From the NCBI GenBank assembly GCA_031362565.1, contig JANLSU010000005.1, positions 1 to 57,425 on the forward strand: a stretch of DNA of 57,425 nucleotides. The letters are read 5' to 3'. This DNA comes from a bacterium (lineage in GTDB: Bacteria; Krumholzibacteriota; Krumholzibacteriia; G020349025). The notes under the pieces are model-generated. The model had not been told where the DNA came from. It made no database searches and saw nothing but the letters and a program-made list of their open reading frames with translations. This document shows positions 27,994-36,905 of this stretch, one piece after another. Positions within the stretch are counted from its first letter, which is position 1, and each line of letters opens with the position of its first letter. The translations under genes and the position numbers were made by a program.

Positions 27994-28875
27994 TCAACTC
28001 AAGACCGTCTCGACCTCACCGAAGAAAATTTGCGCCCCACGTTGCAACTCGACCTGCTGGATCGCCGCCCCACCGACAAAAGTGCGCGAATTCTGTGAAA
28101 TGCTCTGCAACAGCACGCCGCGCGCGTCGACAATCAAGATTGCGTGTTGTTTCGAAACCGTCGGATGCGGAATGACAATGTCGTTGTCCGCGAGGCGCCC
28201 AACGCGGTTCGCGCCGAGCTTCAACTCATGGACGCGTGGTGCCGCGCCCGCGGCGCGCACTTCGAGTTGCAGGCGCGGCGCGGCGGCTACGGCCGGTTCC
28301 GGATGTGGCTCCACACTTGCCGGACGCGGTGGCACGAACGGCGTCGCCGGTGCTTGACGCACCGTCTCGCCGCCCGCCGCAGGACGCGGCGGAATGAACG
28401 GTGCCGCAGGCGCCTGGCGCACCGTCTCGCCGCCTGCCGCCGGACGCGGCGGAACGAACGGCGTCACCGGTCCGATGACGGTCGGCCGGCTCACGGCGGC
28501 GATGCCCGCGACCGCGACCGGGGCAGGCTCCGAAGGCGCCTCCGCCATCATGCTCGCAGGTGATCCGACACTGAAAACGAAGTCGAACTCACCGGCGAAC
28601 GAAATCACGTGCAGACCCTCGAGCCGCACTTTGCCGCGGACCGGCATGCCGTCCAGTTCGGTGCCGTTCGTGCTCCCGAGATCCTCGAGGATGTAGCATT
28701 CGTGGATGGCATCCCACGTAATGCAGGCGTGCCGCGCCGAGATCTGCTCGCTGTCCAACGCAAGCAGTTCGGGCGTCGAGTGGCGTCCGGAGGACCGTCC
28801 GATGGTGAGCACCTCGTGAATCGGCACATCGATGCTCGCCATCGCGCCGACCTTGCAGAACAATCGTGCTCGCAT
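27994..28875 (-). CDS. Double-FHA-domain protein with Pro-rich repeat linker
   Basis: FHA1 TIGR..ISARHA..EDLGSTNGT. FHA2 RVGR..VSKQHA (partly degenerate). ATG 28875 after a GAGGA RBS. Confidence 0.88.
   Translation of the reverse strand: MRARLFCKVGAMASIDVPIHEVLTIGRSSGRHSTPELLALDSEQISARHACITWDAIHECYILEDLGSTNGTELDGMPVRGKVRLEGLHVISFAGEFDFVFSVGSPASMMAEAPSEPAPVAVAGIAAVSRPTVIGPVTPFVPPRPAAGGETVRQAPAAPFIPPRPAAGGETVRQAPATPFVPPRPASVEPHPEPAVAAAPRLQLEVRAAGAAPRVHELKLGANRVGRLADNDIVIPHPTVSKQHAILIVDARGVLLQSISQNSRTFVGGAAIQQVELQRGAQIFFGEVETVLS
28319..28470 (-). repeat. 60-bp tandem repeat, about 2.5 copies (PF(V/I)PPRPAAGGETVRQAPA(A/T))
   Basis: Sequence lines 28321, 28381 and 28441 align in register. Confidence 0.9.
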
Positions 28876-29142
28876 CGTGTTCCTCGCGGTCGTCGTCCTG
28901 ACGTACGAAGGAAAATTCCGCCGGCGCGGTGACTGAGATTGCAAGTTGAGGCGGTAGCCTAACACGGTGGCCGGCGCGTGGGAAGTCCCCACCCTGCCTG
29001 GGCGCGCCGCCGTCCGGCGGCGGTCCGCCGCCGGAGACAACGAGCGTTGCGGTCGAGTGCGCGGACTTTCCAGCCGGATCGGGACTTGCATCGCGCCACC
29101 TTTGGTGGAGGCGCCGTCCGCAGCGGCGCTCGAAGGGTGGAT

Positions 29143-30660
29143 ATGGCGCCGCATGAGTTGAGTGCAGAACGTCTGATGGACCTGTGTGTGGAATTCCGCC
29201 GGCGCTCGACGGAAGACCCAGCCTTGACGCCCGACACGTTTTGCTCCGAGTACCCATTGGAAGCCGACCAACTCCGTCCGCTGCTCGCCACGACCCGGCT
29301 GGCGTCCGTCGCCGGACCCGCCGAACCGCAGGACTACCCGCGTTTCCGTCGGCTCAGCACGCTGGGCGCCGGCGGCTTCGGAGAAGTTTGGCGCGTCAAC
29401 GACGCCGATTTTCCGGATCGCGTTTTGGCGCTCAAACGCTTGCGGCCCGATCGACCGGAACTCGCCAATTACATGGTCGAGGAGATCGAGACCCTGCGCC
29501 TCGTCCTCGGGCATCCGGGCGTGCCTAAAATCTATGATTCGTTTCGCGGCCCCGCGGGTGAACCGTACTTCACGATGGAGTACATCGAGGGTGCTTCGCT
29601 GGACAACGTCTTACTCTCCGGGGCGCCTCTCGACCTGCAACGGGCCCTGCGGCTTCTGGGGCAAATCCTGGCTGTGCTTCAGCACATCCACGAACGCGGC
29701 GTCATCCACCGGGATCTCAAGCCGAGCAACATCATGCTGGTGCGCCCCGGGATGGACGACGAGCACGTCACACTGATTGATTTTGGTGTCTCGACGCGCA
29801 TGAACCTCGCCCGCGGGCAAACCACGCAGTTCGCCGATGATGGCTACAAGCCGCCCGAGCAACTCTCCTCCCGCGAGGACGAGCGTGTCGTAGATCAATC
29901 CACCGATCTGTACGCGCTTGGCGTGATTGCGGCGCACATGCTCGTGCGCGTTCCGGCGCACGGGTCGCCGCGCCAAGCCGTGCAGTCGAGCCCGACCCTC
30001 GACGCCGATCTCAAGGACTTTGTGTTGGCGCTGATGGCCGACCGTGTACGCCGCCCGCAATCGACCGCACAAGCGGCTCGCTGGTTGCAGATCGTGCACG
30101 CGCGGCGATTGCCTTGGCCGGCGCGCATACGCCAGGGATTGGAACGGCCCGCACTGCGAACACTACTCCTGGCAGTGGTGCTGGCCGCGGTCTTGATCGG
30201 CGCTTGGAAACTCGTGCCGCGGTTTTTTCACGACAATCGCACCCGGGGAAATCCGGCGACACTTGCCGCGGGCGATCGCGATCCCTCGGCGGTCAACACC
30301 GGGACCCGTGCGGTGCCGGTCGGCCTTCCGTCGCGTGCCAGGCCGGTGCCCAAACGGTCGACGCCCGGCGGGTCCGGCGTTTCGTCCACGCCGGGAGGCA
30401 ACTCCAACACCAACACCGTGTGGCAGAAGGAGTATCTGATCGCCGTATTTCCGCCCGATGCGCGCTTGTTTCGCGATGGGACGGCGGTCGAAATCGATGC
30501 GTACGGCCGCGGGCATGCCACTCTGAAGGAGGGTGACAACGCCTTCGAAGCGCTGTCCGGCGACCTCCGAGTTCCGCTCTCCTACCAGGCCCCCCGCAAC
30601 GACCCGAACACCAAACTAGCCTTCAACATCCAGCAGCGAACGGTACGCGCCAGCGATTGA
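29143..30660 (+). CDS. Hanks-type Ser/Thr protein kinase with TM helix and PEGA-like extracytoplasmic domain
   Basis: LGAGGFGEVW, LALK, HRDLKPSN, DFG, YKPPEQ, DLYALG. TM LLLAVVLAAVLIGAW. Confidence 0.9.
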   Translation: MAPHELSAERLMDLCVEFRRRSTEDPALTPDTFCSEYPLEADQLRPLLATTRLASVAGPAEPQDYPRFRRLSTLGAGGFGEVWRVNDADFPDRVLALKRLRPDRPELANYMVEEIETLRLVLGHPGVPKIYDSFRGPAGEPYFTMEYIEGASLDNVLLSGAPLDLQRALRLLGQILAVLQHIHERGVIHRDLKPSNIMLVRPGMDDEHVTLIDFGVSTRMNLARGQTTQFADDGYKPPEQLSSREDERVVDQSTDLYALGVIAAHMLVRVPAHGSPRQAVQSSPTLDADLKDFVLALMADRVRRPQSTAQAARWLQIVHARRLPWPARIRQGLERPALRTLLLAVVLAAVLIGAWKLVPRFFHDNRTRGNPATLAAGDRDPSAVNTGTRAVPVGLPSRARPVPKRSTPGGSGVSSTPGGNSNTNTVWQKEYLIAVFPPDARLFRDGTAVEIDAYGRGHATLKEGDNAFEALSGDLRVPLSYQAPRNDPNTKLAFNIQQRTVRASD

Positions 30661-30690
30661 CCGCGCCGCACGGTCCCCCTCCGTGGTGTC

Positions 30691-30719
30691 TTGACGCCCG
30701 CATGGACTCTTTTCATACT
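30691..30719 (+). promoter_or_regulatory. Putative sigma-70 promoter of the second kinase
   Basis: TTGACG-N17-CATACT in an AT-richer intergenic gap. Confidence 0.55.
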
Positions 30720-30781
30720 CATAAAGATTCCAATCCGAACGCGAGGCGATCTTTCGCCGGCCCGGGCAAAGGTGTACGCGC

Positions 30782-32584
30782 ATGGCGATAGGACCCAACG
30801 CCGAACGCCTGAGTACTCTGTACCGTGAGTACATGGAACGCGTCGCGCGTGGCGAGAGGATTGCCCCCGACGTCTTCTGCGCGCAATACCCCGATGAGTC
30901 CCCGTGGTTGCGTCCGATGCTCGAACCGACGCGCAGCATGGCGGCGCCACCGCCCGCATCCACGGCATCGGACCTCTTCGATGGCCGTTACCGGGTCGTG
31001 AAGGAACTCGGACGCGGTGGATTCGGCCGCGTCCTTTTGATGGCGGACACGGAGCATCAGGATCGTCTTGTCGCTCTCAAACTCTTGGATCCGGGATTCT
31101 CGGACCGGCACGTGATCGACTACTTCCGGCGCGAGATCGAGGTGCTGCGCGATCTCGGCCATCCGGATATCCCGAAGATCCTCAATGACCGGCGGACGCC
31201 GGCAGGCGAGTTCTACTTCACGATGGAATTCGCCGACGGCAGAAGCCTCGAGGACATCGTGTCGACCGAGGCTCCGCTGCGAATCGATCGTGTCCTGCGC
31301 CTGCTGCAGCAAATCCTGGACGTGCTGGCTCACACGCACAATCGCGGTGTCATCCATCGCGACCTCAAGCCCAGCAACATCATCGTGACGAATCCCGGCA
31401 CCGAGCGCGAGCACGTCAAGGTGCTCGATTTCGGTGTCGCGAAGGTTTTGGACGATGCACCCGTGGCGCCGGGTTCGCGCCTCACGATCGTCGGTACCCG
31501 TGACTACATGGCACCGGAGCAAGTCCTTGGGGATCCGGTCGACGAGCGCACCGATCTTTTCGCAATCGGCGTGATCGCCTACCGCATGCTCACCGGCGCC
31601 TTCCCGTACGCGGGCGCCGATGCCAGTATCCGCCGCGACCGCCGCCTCAATGCCGAGGCGCAGCCGTTGGACACGGCGATTCCGTACGAGATGCGACAGT
31701 TCATCGCGCGCCTGATGAGTCGCGAGCGCGAGAAGCGTCCCGCGACCGAAGAAACGCGACGGATCGTCGCGGCACTCGCGGGCGGCGAACCGGCGCCAAA
31801 AATCCGCCCCAATCCATCCGGCGGTTCGAAACGCCGGGTGCGCATCGGTGGCGCAATCGCCGCCGCGATCGTCGTGGCGAGCATCGCCGTCGTCGCCGTG
31901 CAGAGCCGCAAGGGTGCGGTGAAATTGCCCGCCACGAATTCGGAGGTCGGAACGCCGGTCCAGCTCCAGCCGATGCAGGTGACCGTCCGTGACCAAAACA
32001 CCGCCGCGGTGGCCAATGTTCTGGTCATCGCCGGCCGCGACACGGTCGCGACCGGGGCCGACGGAACCGCACGCCTGCGGGTTTCCCGAGCCACCGGCAG
32101 CCTTCAGCTCATCGCGACGGATCGCGACTGTTACCGTACCGCCGACTCCTACCCGCTCGCGGCGGTGGACGTGCAACGCGGCGAGTGTGAACTCCGGATC
32201 ACGAGGACTTGCGGCTCGCCCGACGCCCAGTCGACGCCGGCTGGCGCTCGAGCGACGGGCGATGCACGCGTCACCACGCAACGCACCGGTGACGACCCCG
32301 GGCAGAAACCACGGTCCGTCAATCCAGTCACCCGCCCGGCATTCCGGAAAACCTATACGATTCAAACCTCGCCGTCGCCGGCGGCGGTTTTCCTCGACGG
32401 CGAACCGACCTCGTGCACCGATGACTTCGGCCGCGGGAAACGCGAACTCAAGGCGGGCTCGCACCGCTTTGTCGTGCGCGCCAACGGGCGGGACATCCCT
32501 CTCGAGTACGTCGTGCCGGACGGCGACGTGAATTCCAAGCTCGTCCTCGATTTCCAGACTCCCAAGGTCATCCAGCGGCCCTGA
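30782..32584 (+). CDS. Hanks-type Ser/Thr protein kinase with TM helix and beta-sandwich/PEGA-like C-terminus
   Basis: LGRGGFGRV, VALK, HRDLKPSN, DFG, GTRDYMAPEQ, DLFAIG. TM IGGAIAAAIVVASIAVVAV. C-terminal SPSPAAVFLDG. Confidence 0.93.
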   Translation: MAIGPNAERLSTLYREYMERVARGERIAPDVFCAQYPDESPWLRPMLEPTRSMAAPPPASTASDLFDGRYRVVKELGRGGFGRVLLMADTEHQDRLVALKLLDPGFSDRHVIDYFRREIEVLRDLGHPDIPKILNDRRTPAGEFYFTMEFADGRSLEDIVSTEAPLRIDRVLRLLQQILDVLAHTHNRGVIHRDLKPSNIIVTNPGTEREHVKVLDFGVAKVLDDAPVAPGSRLTIVGTRDYMAPEQVLGDPVDERTDLFAIGVIAYRMLTGAFPYAGADASIRRDRRLNAEAQPLDTAIPYEMRQFIARLMSREREKRPATEETRRIVAALAGGEPAPKIRPNPSGGSKRRVRIGGAIAAAIVVASIAVVAVQSRKGAVKLPATNSEVGTPVQLQPMQVTVRDQNTAAVANVLVIAGRDTVATGADGTARLRVSRATGSLQLIATDRDCYRTADSYPLAAVDVQRGECELRITRTCGSPDAQSTPAGARATGDARVTTQRTGDDPGQKPRSVNPVTRPAFRKTYTIQTSPSPAAVFLDGEPTSCTDDFGRGKRELKAGSHRFVVRANGRDIPLEYVVPDGDVNSKLVLDFQTPKVIQRP

Positions 32585-32608
32585 GCACCGGGCACGGCGG
32601 TGACCAGC

Positions 32609-32637
32609 TTGTAATCGCGCCACGCCGCCAGTACACT
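32609..32637 (+). promoter_or_regulatory. Putative sigma-70 promoter of the lipoprotein-barrel operon
   Basis: TTGTAA-N17-TACACT upstream of 32691. Confidence 0.6.
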
Positions 32638-32690
32638 GCGCCGACGAAACCCATTTATTAATCAGGTGCGTGCGAAAGGAACTGCACGCG

Positions 32691-34520
32691 ATGCAGTGGG
32701 CAGAGCATCGTGTCGTTTGCCGGCGGCGAAGCCATACGCACCGGGTCCGAATTCTGGTCCCGGTCGTATTTGCCGTGGCCTTCGCCACCGGCTGTGCTTC
32801 GAGCCGCCTCTACGAGGGCCGCCGCGAGTTGCGGCGCGGCAATCCGCAGAACGCGCTCCCGCTCTTGCGCATCGCGCGCGCCCAGGACCCCGGCAATCCG
32901 TTCGTCCTGCGCGAGCTGGGAATCGCGTCGTACAAGTTGGCGGAGTACGACTCGGCGGCGGCGGCTCTCGAACAAGCGGTTCTGAAACGGCGGCGCGACG
33001 CACGTGCCCTGTTCTATCTCGGCGCGTCGTATGAACGCGGCCGTCACTACGCCGCGGCCATCGAAGCCTACCGCCAGTACACCGTCGCACGCGGCGACAA
33101 GACCGAGCGGCGCGAGATGCAGCGGCGGCTGGACGCGCTGACGCAGCGGCAACTGCAAATCGACTCGCGCCGCGCTTTGGCGACCGAAACCCAGCTGCCT
33201 GGACTCGACGATCCCCGCACGATCGCGGTGAGCCCGTTCGATGCGGCGGGTTTCGCGCCGGCGTGGTCGAAGGTTGGACGCGGTGTCGCGGCGCTGATCA
33301 CCAACGACTTGGCGCAAGTGCGCAGCTTGCGAGTCGTCGATCGCCTGCAATTGAATGTCCTGCTGCGCGAAGTGCGGCTTGCATCCCCTGGCGCCCCGGC
33401 TTCGCCCGGCGGCGACTCTTCAAACGACGTGCCGCCCACAGCGGCGGCGCCGGCCCCGGCGCCGGCGGATCCGATTGCGGCGGGAGTCGATGTGCCGGCG
33501 GACACGGGCCTGAATTTGAATCCGGTGACGAGTGTCGCCGGCATCGAGCAACGTCTGAGTATCGTCCGGCGGCCACCAAGCGATCCGGAGCGCCCGGGGC
33601 AGCCGTATTTTCTCGGCACCGTGAAGGACGTCGAGGATCTGGAGTATTTCAACGCCCTCACCGCGTTTCAGTCGGATCAAGGACTGACCATCGATGGAAT
33701 CGCCGGGTTGAGAACCCGCCAAGCGCTCGAAGCAGCCACGAGTGCCGCGCTCGGCGGCGGCTCCCGACCAAGCCCATCCGCGACCGTGCAACGCCCGGCG
33801 CCAGTCGAAGAACCGCGGCGATCGGCGTTACCGCCGCCGCCGCCACCACCATCGCCATCCCCGGTGGCCATCGCGACCGTCGCAGCGGCCCGTCCGCTCC
33901 TCGTCGAACCACTCGCGGCGCCGCGGATCGGCCGGATTCTGCGCGCCCACACGCTCGTCACCGGATCGGTGCAGGCACTCGGTGGTGACGATGTCCGCAT
34001 CGATGCGTTGCCGAACAGCATCTACGGCGCGGCGTTCGAACCCGGATCCGCGCAGGCGCGTGGCGTGATGACACGTCTCTTCGAACTGGAGAAGCGCCTC
34101 GTCTTCGACATCACCGAGCGCAAAATGCGCCTCACGCTCAGCGAGGCCGAACGCCGCGCGATCCAAGGCGCCCGGCCCCCGAAAATCGACGCGTTCCTGG
34201 CTTTTTGCGACGGTTTGGAACTCGAATCCGAGGCGCGCTATCAAGAGGCAGCCGCCCAGTTCCGTCGCGCCGCGGATCTCGACCCGCAGTTCCAAGCCGC
34301 GCGTGACGCCGCGCAACGGAATGAAGACCTGGTGGCCACCGAAGGATTCCCCGATCCGGAGGCGCGGTTCGATGTTCCCGCGGATCAAGACGAAATCGGT
34401 TCACAGATTGACCGCTCACTGACCGAAGCGGGCCCGGGGCACCTTCCGGGCGCCTCCGAGGAGACCGAAACGCGTCCGGTGGGGATCGGCGACCCACCCG
34501 CACCACCCCGGCCGAGGTGA
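32691..34520 (+). CDS. TPR lipoprotein with CsgG/FlgO/TolB-N-like domain interrupted by a peptidoglycan-binding domain
   Basis: Lipobox FATGC. N-terminal TPRs. TIAVSPF..GVAALITNDL..VVDRLQL..APRIGRILRA..LVTG. Insert ALTAFQSDQGLTIDGIAGLRT (PG_binding_1-like). C-terminal PPAPPRPR. Confidence 0.8.
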   Translation: MQWAEHRVVCRRRSHTHRVRILVPVVFAVAFATGCASSRLYEGRRELRRGNPQNALPLLRIARAQDPGNPFVLRELGIASYKLAEYDSAAAALEQAVLKRRRDARALFYLGASYERGRHYAAAIEAYRQYTVARGDKTERREMQRRLDALTQRQLQIDSRRALATETQLPGLDDPRTIAVSPFDAAGFAPAWSKVGRGVAALITNDLAQVRSLRVVDRLQLNVLLREVRLASPGAPASPGGDSSNDVPPTAAAPAPAPADPIAAGVDVPADTGLNLNPVTSVAGIEQRLSIVRRPPSDPERPGQPYFLGTVKDVEDLEYFNALTAFQSDQGLTIDGIAGLRTRQALEAATSAALGGGSRPSPSATVQRPAPVEEPRRSALPPPPPPPSPSPVAIATVAAARPLLVEPLAAPRIGRILRAHTLVTGSVQALGGDDVRIDALPNSIYGAAFEPGSAQARGVMTRLFELEKRLVFDITERKMRLTLSEAERRAIQGARPPKIDAFLAFCDGLELESEARYQEAAAQFRRAADLDPQFQAARDAAQRNEDLVATEGFPDPEARFDVPADQDEIGSQIDRSLTEAGPGHLPGASEETETRPVGIGDPPAPPRPR

Positions 34521-34524
34521 GAGG

Positions 34525-35715
34525 ATGCGTCGCACACGGAACATGAAGAAGGCGGCGGGCCGCAGCGCTCGACGGGCGCCCGCTCCCTTGGTGCTCGCAT
34601 GCCTGCTCGCTTCGAGCGCCGGAGCGCAAGGCTTGGAGACCGGCGCCAATTCCGGTTTCGACCGCGGCATCCGCATCATCACGGGGGTGCGTTACGAGAG
34701 CTTCGACGAGCACCGATCGGACGTGCTGGGCCAGAGACTGGGACAACTCAACGTCTACGGTCTGGTCACCACACTTTGCGGACCGAATCTGCGCTTCGAC
34801 TTTGCGAGCGGCTGGAATGCGACGAATTGGCACAGCCTCGGGGATCTCTCGACGCTCGACGACAGCCGGTTCGACGTGGCGTGGCGTCCGACGGAACACC
34901 TCATGCTCGGCGGCGGAATCAACATCCCGACCGGCCGCACCAATCTCGATTTTGAGGCCGCGCGGCTTGCGCAAGGCGTAGCGAGCCGGCTGAAGGGCTA
35001 CCAAACGAGCAAGTTCGGGGAAGGCACGGACTTCGACGCGCGCGCTTCGTACGGCGTGCGGGTCGGTGGGATCGGTCTGGCGGCGGCGGCGGGATGGCTC
35101 GTGAAGGGCCACTACACGATGCTCGAAGGACAAGGCGCCTACGACCCGGGTGATCAGGTCACGCTGTCACTCGGCACCGAGGTCGGTTCGACGGCGCAAA
35201 CGTGGCGCACCGTCGCCAGCTACACGCTCTACGCGCACGACGAACTCGACGGCGCGACCATCTTCGAGTTCGGCAACCGTTTGCGGTTGGAGACCACGTA
35301 CCGGCGGCGTGCGACATCCCTGCTGTTTTTGGCGCGCGCGCGGGCGGTTTTCCGCGCCGACAGCCAGCGGCTCGTACCGGATGTCGTTTTGCAACCCGAA
35401 GCCCGCGAGGCTCAGGGCGCCGAACTCTACGTCGATCAGACGACGGACATTTCGCTGGGCGCGAGCCCTTTCGGTCTGCTTCTGCTCAGCGGCATGCGGG
35501 TCTTCGATGTCAATGAGCGCGGCACGGGATCGGGGCACCGGATCGACGCCGGCGGCGGGTTGCGGCTGGGTTCCAAGACCGTGACCCTCGAAGTCCGGGG
35601 GCGTGGCAGCTTCGGGCGCATCGACGTCACGAACCCCGTGCCGGGAAGTACCGGGGGCCGCCGCTCTTTCACCGGATGGAGCGTCGACGGCAGCCTCACT
35701 CGCCGTGGCTGGTGA
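34525..35715 (+). CDS. Outer-membrane beta-barrel protein (resembles COG4313/Phenol_MetA-type barrels)
   Basis: Signal peptide LVLACLLASSAGA, alternating beta-strands, LDDSRF..GINIPTG, terminal W. Paralog of 45357..46532. Confidence 0.75.
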   Translation: MRRTRNMKKAAGRSARRAPAPLVLACLLASSAGAQGLETGANSGFDRGIRIITGVRYESFDEHRSDVLGQRLGQLNVYGLVTTLCGPNLRFDFASGWNATNWHSLGDLSTLDDSRFDVAWRPTEHLMLGGGINIPTGRTNLDFEAARLAQGVASRLKGYQTSKFGEGTDFDARASYGVRVGGIGLAAAAGWLVKGHYTMLEGQGAYDPGDQVTLSLGTEVGSTAQTWRTVASYTLYAHDELDGATIFEFGNRLRLETTYRRRATSLLFLARARAVFRADSQRLVPDVVLQPEAREAQGAELYVDQTTDISLGASPFGLLLLSGMRVFDVNERGTGSGHRIDAGGGLRLGSKTVTLEVRGRGSFGRIDVTNPVPGSTGGRRSFTGWSVDGSLTRRGW

Positions 35716-35771
35716 GGCAACGAACCGCGTTCGACGCAGCGGCACAGTTCTGCACAGATCGGAGGACCATC

Positions 35772-36905
35772 GTGAGACGGATCGCTGGGGAAACAACGAA
35801 TCGCGTGCGAATGGACCGGACCAGGGAGTGGCAAGGAATCGGACGCTGGGCGAGCGCCGTGGCGATTGCGGCCGCAGTGTCGCTCGGCGCGACGCGTGCC
35901 GTTGCCCAATGTGATTCAAGGGCGTGTCCCGCCGATCAACTTCTGCCGTTCTCGCTGAATCCCTACCAGTTCTTCTTCGATCTCAAGGAAAAGGAGATCG
36001 TGTCGTGCGCGCCGTGCGTCCTGACGGGCCAATACCCCGAAGGCCAAAAACGCGATGCAATGCTGTCGTTGGCGCTCCTGCACCTCCACAATCACATGGT
36101 GCCCGTGGCGCGTGCCGCGTGCCTGGATGTCCTGCATCTCAATCCATGCGTCAGCATCGATCCGGCCCTGCCGGCGCCGCTCAAGAACCTGTTCTATGCT
36201 GCGCAGGACAGCCTGCTCACGACGATGCAGCTCATCTGTCCCTCCGACTTCAAGACCATCGCGGTCGGCGACATCGAGAACAACTCGCAGAACACCCTCG
36301 ATCTGGACATGGACAAGTTCTGCCGCGGCTTGCAAAAGGTAATCATGAACGACCTGGCCGGGACGACCTGTCTCCAGGTCGTCGACCGCGATCGCCTCGG
36401 AACGCTCGCCAAGGAACGCGACCTCAATCCGGAGCAAGCGGCGAAAATTCTCGGCGCGCAGACCTACATGTTCGGCAGCTTGCTGCAAGTCGGCAAGAAG
36501 GAGTTCATTTTGACGCTGCGACTGGATCGCACCGAAACGACGGAGATCCTCGTGAGCGAACAGCTGCAGATCAAGTTGAAATCGGGAAGCGACCTGATCG
36601 GGCTCGAGAAGAAGGTGTTGCAACAGTACATCGTGCCCAAGATCTCGCTGTTGTGCGCCGGCACGGACACGGGAGAAATGAAGAAAAAAATCGACCTGTG
36701 GTTCGCCAAGGGTGCCGGGCAGGTCCCGGACTACATGGCGTATGTGCTGAAGGTGGGTGAGGCCGTGCAGGCGGATGAATCCAAAGACCTCACCCGCTCG
36801 CGCACCGCATGGGCGGAAGTGGCCGCCCTGAACCCCTTCGATGCCGACGCCGTCCGGCGGCGCGACATGCTCAACTCGTACGCCCAGCTTGGAACCAAGA
36901 AGTGA
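35772..36905 (+). CDS. Secreted CsgG/FlgO-like protein with Cys-rich N-terminal helical domain
   Basis: GTG after GGAGG. Signal AVAIAAAVSLGATRAVA. TIAVGDIEN..IMNDL..VVDRDRL..AAKILGAQTYMFGS..TETTEIL. Confidence 0.72.
   Translation: MRRIAGETTNRVRMDRTREWQGIGRWASAVAIAAAVSLGATRAVAQCDSRACPADQLLPFSLNPYQFFFDLKEKEIVSCAPCVLTGQYPEGQKRDAMLSLALLHLHNHMVPVARAACLDVLHLNPCVSIDPALPAPLKNLFYAAQDSLLTTMQLICPSDFKTIAVGDIENNSQNTLDLDMDKFCRGLQKVIMNDLAGTTCLQVVDRDRLGTLAKERDLNPEQAAKILGAQTYMFGSLLQVGKKEFILTLRLDRTETTEILVSEQLQIKLKSGSDLIGLEKKVLQQYIVPKISLLCAGTDTGEMKKKIDLWFAKGAGQVPDYMAYVLKVGEAVQADESKDLTRSRTAWAEVAALNPFDADAVRRRDMLNSYAQLGTKK

Noticed and set aside
28319..28470. Tandem repeats as a CRISPR array
   Set aside because: They are in-frame coding repeats with synonymous variation and no spacers, and there are no cas genes.
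28880..29140. Sigma-54 (-24/-12) promoter driving the redox operon
   Set aside because: No convincing TGGCAC-N5-TTGC was found by eye here or in the other intergenic gaps. A PWM scan would settle it.
32691..36905. Calling these genes csgG/curli or T9SS components
   Set aside because: The resemblance is at fold or motif level only, and no curlin subunits or T9SS core genes are in the window. No gene symbols were assigned.
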